A stretch of DNA of 63,802 bases. Origin: Callorhinchus milii. Taxonomy: Eukaryota. Below, piece by piece: positions 54,923 through 63,802 of the stretch (the stretch's first letter is position 1; each line of letters starts with the position of its first letter). The notes under the pieces were generated by a model. It was not told the DNA's origin and ran no database searches. It saw only the letters and a list, made by a program, of their open reading frames with translations. Location: the NCBI RefSeq assembly GCF_018977255.1, contig NW_024704757.1, forward strand, positions 12,586,199 to 12,650,000. Direction: 5' to 3'. The translations under genes were made by a program, and so were the position numbers.

Positions 54923-55409
54923 TTTGCTCTAAGCCACTTGTTGCCCTGGGACTGCTTATTGCCCTCAAATGACTGAGGGTGGAATAGGTTCCATTCAGTG
55001 GGATAAGCAAATCCAGTTTCTTTACATCCATCGATTAACAAAGCAAATAAAAGCACAAACAATCTCACCTTCCTGACACCAAGCAGCAGTGAAAGCATTA
55101 AGCCTGCAAGCTGGCATCTCAGAGCTTCAAGTTACAGCATTTTCTGTCTATTGACTGGATGGATCAGCTCTGACACATGGAAATCAAGCAAAATTATTGC
55201 GGTAATACCCCCAAACCCTTTCCAAGTCTCTAGTGGTTATCACTTTGAAGATACTTTAGATATTGGAGGCAAAAGTGGCGTTGCTCGGAGCATGATCTCA
55301 ACATCCTGGAAAAAATATGGGTCCTGTAATTTTCACCTTCATTTGGTTATCAAGAGAAGAACGTCTACTTTGGCTATCAAGGGAAAGAACTCTACTTTTC
55401 CTTTGGCAT

Positions 55410-55757
55410 TTACCTGCTCATACCCTCCGTTCCTCTGGCTCCGGTCTGCTCCAAATCCCCCGCCCTACCATCAGTGGCCGGGCATTCAGCCTCTCAGCCC
55501 CGAGGCTCTGGAACTCCATCCCCCAGTGCCTTCGCCGCTTCCTCCCTTTCCTCCTTCAAGGCCGGTCTCAAGAACTTTCTCTTCAACCGTGTCTTCAGCT
55601 CCACTCTCGACTCTCTACCCCCTCCTCGCTCCCTCCTTTCCCTCCCCTCACCCTGACCATTCCCCCTTGCTCGGGTCCCGACCCAACTGTCCAGCGCCTT
55701 GGGACGTCCTCCCGACGTGAAAGGCGCTTTATAAATGCAATCTTGTTGTTGTTGTTG
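55410..55757 (+). mobile_element. L2 LINE 3' fragment
   Basis: PAHTLRSSGSGLLQIPR..ISGRAFSLSAPRLWNSIP and SLSSFKAGLK, then the hairpin and (GTT)n. Confidence 0.9.
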
Positions 55758-57060
55758 GTATCAATTCTGTTTTTAAATGCTCTTTCCAGGCTGCTAACTC
55801 TTGATTCAGAAAACCGATGATTTATAATTTTACACTGTAGGGTAAGACTCCCTAACTCATTGACACGATACAGAGAAAGTACAGCTACATTCAACATTGT
55901 TCTCAAAACCTTGTTACATAGGAAAGTCTATGGAATATGATTTATGTCCCAATGGGATAACCTTATAATTATAATAAATATAAATAAAAACAATCCTTGC
56001 ATTTGATATAGTGCTTTATCACGTCGTCGAGACGCTTCAAAGCGATTAACAGAATATACTGTAAAGTGAATTGACTGTGAATGTTGTGGGTGAAGAACAA
56101 AATCAAGAACCCACATCCCTTCAGCCGTTACTTGAGTCTTCCATCAGTCCTGTGGTTGCAGCACTCAATGAGGCAGAAGAGCATTCACAAACCTCGAGGG
56201 GGAGAGAGAGAGAGAGAGAAATGACGACACCAAGGCAAACGTTGTCTTGTTGCAAAACACATTGCACATCTGCCAAAGTGATACCCATACCCACTTTGCT
56301 ACAGACCTAAAACACCTTTCCTCTCCAGCTGATTGCATGTTTCTGAGAGGGCTCCGAGAGGGAAATAAAAGGGGAAAAATAAATCCAGGCACAAAAAGGA
56401 AAAAGCAAAGTAAAAGCATTCTCACTTTCAATCCAATGCCTCTTTCTGATGGGAAGCTAGCAACTGAAATTCAGCAATATTTCTTCCCTGAAGCAAGTAA
56501 ATCTTATTAACAAATTAGTTTGTAAGATCTAATAGGTTGGTCTGTCTACCCACACAATGGTACATTTCATCCACTGAGATTTTACATAATATTAAACCAT
56601 CTCAATTGAGGTATCATATTAATATATGTAGATGAAAGGTGACACCACCTGAATGTTGAGACAGAGGTCAATGTGTCTGCCTTATTTTTACTATTATAAC
56701 ACCTCCTGCGGTGTTAAACAACAGCTGCTGCCGTGGAACGAAAAAGGACTTTATATGCAGCAGTGCATTTATCAAAGTCTATTTTCTTACCTGCTAATGG
56801 AAAATAGATCCCACATGGTGTTTCATTCAGCCATCACATATTGGAAGGTTTACAGTACCTTCTGTGTAGGAGCATTGTTTTTGTTGCAAAAGAATTACAT
56901 ATAATACTCCTGATGTCAAATATACATTGAGAGAGAACTAACAGGTGGTATATTTAATGTCAATGGTGTCTGGTAGAGGAGAGTGAATTAAATATTGATT
57001 TGAGTTGGGACTGTAATGTGAAAAGAATTTGCTTTGTGTTTTCAGGTAAAAGAAGCTTTT

Positions 57061-57319
57061 GCTCTGGAACTCCATCCCCCAGTGCCTTCGCCGCTTCCTC
57101 CCTTTCCTCCTTCAAGGCCGGTCTCAAGACCTTTCTCTTTGACCGTGTCTTCAGCTCTCCTCTCGACTCCCTACCCCCTCCTCGCTCCCTCCCTTCCCTC
57201 CCCTCACCCTGACCATTTCCCCCCAATGCTCGGGTCCCGACCCAACTGTACAGCGCCTTGGGACGTCCTCCCGACGTGAAAAGTGCTCTATAAATGAAAT
57301 CCTGTTGTTGTTGTTGTTG
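57061..57319 (+). mobile_element. L2 LINE 3' fragment
   Basis: Near-identical to 55506-55757. Encodes SLSSFKAGLKTFLF. Confidence 0.9.
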
Positions 57320-60300
57320 ATCTGGGCACAATAAGTGGATGACGATCCTTCATGAAAGAAACAGCTCCCTGGAAATGTAAGAATGGCATATTTTAAGAGA
57401 AAACATAAAACACGACAAAGAATGTTCATTGGCAAAGGTGAAAAAAATGTTAAAGCGCACTATTGCCCTCTTTAGCTACACGATTCATCCTTCAACTATC
57501 AGTTAGAACCACAGAACTCGCCATTCTGTTCCACTGTTTATTATTAATAATACTAAAAATTAATAGTAGTTGCAATCGAACTTGCGCCTCTAATTATAAA
57601 ACATCTCAAAGTGCTCCACGGGTATTTGCTCTTAAATGTAATGATTGTGCACGGTGGGCAATTACCACAGCTAAGTTGAGCACAGCAAGGTCCCACAAAC
57701 AAGTGAATACCACCAATTTATCTGGGAGATTGGTGGTCTGGACTCCTGGAGAAATTTGCTTCTCTTTTTAGAATAGTCTTGTGGGATCTTTAATCTCCAC
57801 CTGATCAGGCAGACCAGATACTTGGTTTTAATGTCTCGTCTCAAGGTTGACACCTCTGACAGTGAGCTCAAAGTTCCTGCGTGGGATTTGAACCCCAATC
57901 ATTTGCCATTATGAATTTATAAATAAAATCATCCCTCGCGATTCTTGATGTTCCCACAAGCTGTTTAGTGGAGCTCCGAAGAACAGCCTGACAATTGTGA
58001 GTAATCACTGGCGAGTTCCTGATGGCTGATCAAAGCACAGTTTTGCCCGGATCAATAGCTTCGAAAGAGATAACAGTGTTTTGACTGAGCGCATGCAAAG
58101 ATCTCATCAAATATTAATGAGCAGAGGTTGTGAGTGGAGGTTGTGAATCATTGCCCACTTTCCCCTTCTCCATACGTTCATGATTACAGCTGAGAGAAAC
58201 AACAACACGATGTGGGGTCATTGTTCTAAGTGTGAAAACCCACACGCCACCACCTTGGCACATCTTCCCGATGTGAAAGGAGCTTTATAAATGCAATTTG
58301 TTGTTGTTGTTGTTAACCAAATCAGCTTTGAAAAGACCTTTCGTCAAGCGTTCCTATTCTACTGATGTGACGTATGGGAAATTCATCTTGTGGTGTTCAC
58401 GGAAATAATGGTTAGGATTACTTTCTTTTCAATTTACTTCTGCGATGATTGCAAGACATCAGGGCACATGGGATATTCGTGCGTTGATTCATTTGGCTTC
58501 AAATTTGCCGTTAAATTAATTTCTACGGCATTTGTAATTGTCCAGGTTCCAAGTGCTACGGATGTGAAGAACACAGCAGCGATATGAGTAATCAGTATCA
58601 CTGACACCAATGGACCACATTGTTCCTCAATGTACCACTGGGTGGTAAAATGATTTACACTGTGAAGTGATGCACAGTAAAACATGTCCTAGCAGTAGCT
58701 TGCAAATGAGGATAATCATTACTAGAAGGTGCTTGTCCGCAAAGTTTTTGAAAGCAACGAGCGCAGTCACTACACTTTACAGTAAACCCAGCGAAGCACG
58801 TTGAAGAGTCCTCCTTCCCCTAACGGGCGCGACGTCGAATGAAAGAATCGGAATTGCTTTGGAGGTGGGCAGTTTTCGACCAACCCTGTAAAGGAAGGTG
58901 TCAACAACACGACAACGTCAATCTGATCAGTCGCTGTGCATTCCTTCGTGTGTCCGTAAAAAGGAATAAAAGAACTTCACTGTTTCATGGAATTCAATCG
59001 TCCCGTTGAGCAGTAATTTCCCAGAATACAGATGCCCGAAGGCTGTCTCACGTGACTAAAACTGATGTAATATTCTGTAATGGGGCTTGACACATTCTGC
59101 AGAGTTCCTTTACCACATGACTCACACAGCAGCAATTGCAGACTGCGATTTAATTGAACATTACAGGGAACTAACATGCACCCGCACACTGAGTTAAACT
59201 AAGAGTGTATTTACCGCACAGTTACCTCTATCTCTGGTCGCCTCCATCCCCTTCATCGGCATCCTGGCCAAATACATTCGACACATACGTCAATGGAAGA
59301 TTGATACCGTTTTACATGTTGAAAACGCCCTTCACAGGTCAGACATGAGACCCTCCATGAATCAGACCTTTCCATACATTTAATTACCAGCTATAATTTT
59401 GTGGGCCCCACAAAATTACTTTGTGTTTCCCTTTGGATAATTAGACATCCAGCATTAAGCAAAGGCATTTGTTTCTTTTTAATAGCAGCAACCTATCCTT
59501 TCTCAAAGCCTTTTTAGCAAGGTTTTTTTTATATACAGCACGCTCTTTTGCAAAATGTGCAAAAGTCCATTTTTTTAATTATAAACTAAGTAATTATATT
59601 ATTTAGTTTGACGGAAGCTGACGCATTTGACAAAGTCTGAAATGATGTGTCATTGTCTGGGGTCTCAGTTCCTTCTGTGCATTTTGGTAACCTAAAAGGA
59701 AGTGATTACTCAAAGNAAAAATAGCGAACATACAGTGTTTTTCTACTTTGACATTATAACCTCATCCAGTCACAAAGTAAACAGTCATTACTTCAGAATG
59801 GGTGGGTACGGAAGGAACTTTAACTGGACAAGTTGGTACTGGTTAAATCTTCTCAAACATGCTTTATTACCCTTATGATCTTCAGATCTGAGAGGAAATA
59901 CAGTAATAAAAAGGGAAAAGTGGTATTTCTGATATAACATTTGTTTCAAAAACAACAGCCAACTAAATTGAAATACTCTTCCTCTCTGTCATGGGCTATT
60001 AGTCCTCCAGCATCGTATACACTTATCAGAAATTCATATCTTTTAAATAGCGATTTCCTTTGTGAATTCCTCACAGCAACAGTTCTGGGGTGGAAATATT
60101 TAAAGCACAAAAGTTATCCATGATCCTCGAATTGATATACAAACCAGTGATAAATGGAACGGTGCCAAAAAGTGTCAGAAAGTAACACAACAGCCTTTCA
60201 TTTCTGTTTCTTGGTTTTTGTGTGGTTTTCTGTGTGGGGGTGGGGGGTAGAGTAGCATTTTGTATGAGTCAATTAAGATGCAAATGACTATGTATAATCA

Positions 60301-60789
60301 TGTACATGAGTATAAGTTAAAGTAAATATCTCCCACACAGGAAGTTGTGCATCAAGGAACCATTACAAACTCTTACATCTGTGTACCAACGTGTTTAAGC
60401 AGTCAGTTTGACCGGCTCACTGACTGTGGAACCCGTACCACATGTGTTCTGTGAAGCGCTTTGGGACGTCCTCCGACGTGAAAAGCGCTATATCAAATGT
60501 AAGGATTATTATTATTATATTATTATGTGGAACAGGTCAGTTTGCATCGCTGATCCACCTTTTGATTTACGTTCATTACCTTTTTGACTATATCTTGGAG
60601 AGGAGAAAAACAGAGACGTCACAGAAATGGAAACTTTAAAGTAAAACTGGCTGAAATACATGTTTTTTTCAATGCAATCGCTTTGTTATCAAAGATTTTA
60701 GAACTAATGCGGTGAATTACCGATTGTGTTCCCCCTCCCCACCACCCCTTCTCCCCCCAACAAAAAAAATGTACAAGTACTACATTCAG

Positions 60790-61085
60790 AAAAAGAAATA
60801 TAAAGATTCTTTCAAATCCAATCGGACGAGATGTGGGATTGACAGCAATACATGGGAGGAAATCTCCACAGACCACAAACTGTGGTCATCTATATGTCGG
60901 TGAAGAGTTAATGATTTTGACCCCGCCAGGATTGTCAAGGACGAAGAGAAACGTAAACAGAGGAAGGAGCATCAGTTTGCTGAGACCACACCATCAACTG
61001 GGTCATCTCTCGTCTGTCAGATCTGTGATGAACTCTGTCTGTCTAGGATTGATCTACAGCCAACTAAATAGCCACCAAAGATGAG
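60790..61085 (+). mobile_element. Degenerate RTE-clade LINE 3' fragment
   Basis: KYKDSFKSNRTRCGIDSNTWEEISTDHKLW and a later CDELCLSRIDL resemble the RTE ORF C-terminus (KDxLK...WE..A.DR..W; C..C.SRIGL.SH). Confidence 0.6.
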
Positions 61086-61530
61086 GTCAATCTTAAAACC
61101 CAACTCCCCTCCCGCCATGTAACATAGGCAAACAAGGACTAAAGATATTCACTGCAGCCATGTCACCTTTGCGCCTCAAAGTGTTTTAATTTTGCGTCTG
61201 GGTTGAAAGTCGGTTAATTCATTAAAATATACGGATTGAAGCGCTTTGGGTAGGGAGAAAAAACACACAGATTTTAATTTTAAAACAAATCAAGTACATA
61301 TCTTCCTCTAGAATATTATTATTACCTTTTTCTGAACCGAGGAGAGCAGTACAGTAGGATACGCTTTCAAGAATTGTCTGGACTGGCCCAGAAGTGGTTA
61401 ATGGGCCGATTATAATCCAGTTGTACCATCGAAACTGACAAGCAGTAAATTAGGAGCAGCAGAAGAGACAAAATGTGTTATATCAGCATGAGCACAACGA
61501 TCCGATTGAGGCTTTTTTTCGTCGTTGTTA

Positions 61531-62272
61531 TTAGTGATTCCTTGGCAAGTGTTTATGATGAGTTAACTTCATCTTTAAATGTGAACAGTTCCACGTCTCC
61601 AAAAGTTGAACCGAAACCAGATCCAGCAGAGCAGCATCGAATCCAGCCAACAAGTTGACTGGCAAGGCTTCCTTGATCTGCCTGGGCACTGTCAAAAAAT
61701 CCGGCACCTTTTTATTCCCCAGGAAAAAGTGCATCAGTCGCTGCTGCCTCAAACGTTCCCTCCAGAACCTGACCATGTCCTCTAACCTTTCCATCAGGAA
61801 CCTCTCGTCCCAAGCCTCCAACGGGCCCTTCAGCACCAAATAGAACATAGCCGTTTTCAGGTTGTGAGAGGAGAGCACCGTGCTCCACTTGGCGGAGACT
61901 TTCTTCCCCAGGTCCTTGCAGCCCACGTCCCGCAGTGCTTTCAGGACCTGGAGGCACTTCAGGTGGCACGAGTTGGCGGGAGTTTGCTCTTTGAGCCAGT
62001 TCAGGAGCTTCTGCTCGTGTTTGGGCAAATAGACGCGCCAGAGAGCTTCTGGCTTTGCATGGGCGGGAGTGGACCCGGGTGGCTCTGGGCTCCGGGTCCT
62101 GGTCCAGGGCTGAGCCACCAGGAAGACCGAATCGCCCACGTGCACAGCCGGGATCAGCCGGACGGACATGGCGATGTGACAGCAAACGTAGTCGGACTTG
62201 GGCAGGAGTTTGAGGGTGAGGCTGTCGTCCTCCACAGACAGTGTCATGGAGCATCGTTCCTGACAGCGATAC
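61531..62272 (-). CDS. ITPRIPL2: ITPRIP-like 2 (Mab-21/cGAS-like fold), coding exon 2
   Basis: (R)YRCQERC...CCHIAMSVRLIPAVHVGDSVFLVA...EALW...EQKLLNWL...LKCLQVLKALRD...LSSHNLKT matches the recalled ITPRIPL2 C-terminal half. Acceptor tttcgcag|G. Confidence 0.9.
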
Positions 62273-62731
62273 CTGCGAAACACACAACATATACAGTCAA
62301 TCCACTTTACACTGTATCCTGTGAAGAACTTTGAGACGTCTCGACCACGTGATCAGGCGCTGTGTCAAACTCAAAGCATTATAGTGGGGTCCCGTGAGGC
62401 AGCGGTTGGCACCCTCTCGCCTCTGTTTACCCAGCGGGTAAGTAGGAACCCGGTTGTTAGTCGATTGGCGGTTCGCTTTTCCGGGGGGTAATGATACCTC
62501 CGAAAAAACGAAACAAACAAATCCGGTCACGCAATCCGCAAGTGTTTGTGTGGGGACACTGCTGGGGGCAATTGGCTGCCGCGTTTCGCCCACGAAATAC
62601 ACAGTCAATCCACTTCACGAAGTGATCCTGCGAAGCAGTTCAAGACATCTCGACGACGTGCTAAGGCGCTGTACCAGACGCGAGGTTATTATCATCGTTA
62701 TTATTATTATTAGGAATTATTTCCGATTTAC
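62273..62731 (-). other. 459-nt GT-AG phase-2 intron of ITPRIPL2 made of two antisense SINE copies
   Basis: Removal joins LSVIR to YRCQERC, colinear with human LATVRYSLEGRC as recalled. + strand SINE 3' fragment at ~62281-62382 and degenerate long SINE at ~62384-62712. Confidence 0.85.
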
Positions 62732-63674
62732 CTGATGACGCTCAGGCACCTTTGCATCTTGGCGTGGAACCACTTGAGCACCAGGGAGGAGGAGAGGGCC
62801 AGGCAGAGCGCCTTGTCAGGCCGAGGGGCACAGAAAGTGTGGCTGAAACTTTTGCAACGCTTGCCCCAACCCTCAGGCTTCTTGAAGCCGCCGGGGGGAG
62901 AAGAGGGGGAAGGAGGAGAAGAAGAAGAAGGAGGAGGAGAAGAAGGAAGAAGAAAGGGCTTGAGCTGACAAACAGCGGCTCCACACAAGTGCTGGGGGAG
63001 CTCTTGTGTGTCCCCCACGTTGGACTCCAACTCAAACGCGGGTTGAGGGCACCAGACCTGGGGCACTCTGATGGGGACGAGCAGGTCGAAGCCGTTGTGG
63101 GGGCTGTGGATTTTGTGCTGCTCGTAAGCGCTGCCGATCTGCACGAAGTCCCGCGGAAGGTCAGAGTCGAGTCCTCCTGGGCTTCGCGTTTGCCCACCCT
63201 GACCAGCTGGCCGACGATCTGGGTGACGTGAGCCTTGCTGTGCCCCAGGACGTGAGGAGACACTTTCATCTGCTGGTCGTAGTAAGTCTCCAAGGCGCTC
63301 CTCCTCCCGTCCGGGCCGAGGTCAGGGCACGGGCAGTCGCCAGCCGGTACCTGGGCTCGTGGCTTCCCCGTCGGACTCGCCTGGAGTCTGGCGGTGATGG
63401 AGGAGGAGGAGGAGGTGGTGATGGAGGTGCGGCACTTGATGAAAGAGTAACAGACCAAGAAAGCGGCCGACAGGCTGAAGAGAGGCAAGGCACTGGCTTG
63501 GCTGTGGCTGTGACTCTGACCCTGACCCTGCCCCTGCCCGTCCAGGTCAATGTCCAGGGTTCCTTCCACTTGACCAGCCTGGCTCTTCAGGGCTCGATGC
63601 AAACACAGCAGAGCTGTGCCACAGCAAGTGGCCAGCAGCCAGCACACCCTCACGCTCGGGGGATAAACCGACAT
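62732..63674 (-). CDS. ITPRIPL2: ITPRIPL2 coding exon 1, with an apparent 1-nt frameshift at 63150-63152
   Basis: MSVYPPSVRVCWLLATCCGTALLCL...LETYY...SPHVLGHSKAHVTQIVGQLVR...LTFRG, then in another frame FVQIGSAYEQHKI...FDLLVP...LVLKWF. One extra G restores FRGDFVQIG and a 561-aa protein. Confidence 0.88.
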
Positions 63675-63802
63675 CGTTGTCTCTCGTCCTTTTCTTTTGT
63701 TGGTTGCTGTCGCGACGAAATCAACCCATCGCTGTTTGGCAAAAAGGAAAAGAAGCCGACATCCATCCACGTGTGCGGCAATGAAAATCAAATCAAATCA
63801 AA

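Noticed and set aside
63140-63160. Programmed ribosomal frameshift in ITPRIPL2
   Set aside because: No X XXY YYZ slippery heptamer at the site. A missing G in a homopolymer explains it more simply.
62752-63231. + strand 159-aa Arg-rich ORF and other ORFs overlapping ITPRIPL2
   Set aside because: Antisense or alternate-frame shadows of a GC-rich coding exon and its GAA/GGA repeat.
63675-63791. N-terminal extension MIFIAAHV... in the ORF track
   Set aside because: Begins at a non-ATG codon. Homology starts at MSVY (ATG 63674).

Overview
Vertebrate genomic DNA, not prokaryotic. The repeat families point to a cartilaginous fish, probably a chimaera such as Callorhinchus (inference). Three protein-coding genes lie on the minus strand in the order ITPRIPL2 (61531-63674), SYT17 (8 coding exons, 29814-50854, 474 aa) and CLEC19A (5 coding exons, 13992-23608, 190 aa), matching the order I recall for human 16p12. 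I assembled the exons by hand with GT-AG boundaries and consistent phases. The rest is dominated by a tRNA-Ala-derived SINE that shares its 3' hairpin tail with an L2 LINE, plus L2, CR1 and RTE fragments, older Deu-domain-like SINE relics, a MITE-like inverted repeat, microsatellites and three N gaps. The most notable observation is a 459-nt GT-AG intron in ITPRIPL2, a gene I recall as intronless in mammals. It consists almost entirely of antisense SINE copies, is bounded by a CAGGTA direct repeat and takes its apparent branch point from SINE sequence, so it is a candidate SINE-generated intron. ITPRIPL2 also carries a 1-nt frameshift in a G run, probably an assembly error. Comparisons to orthologues are from memory, not from a database search.
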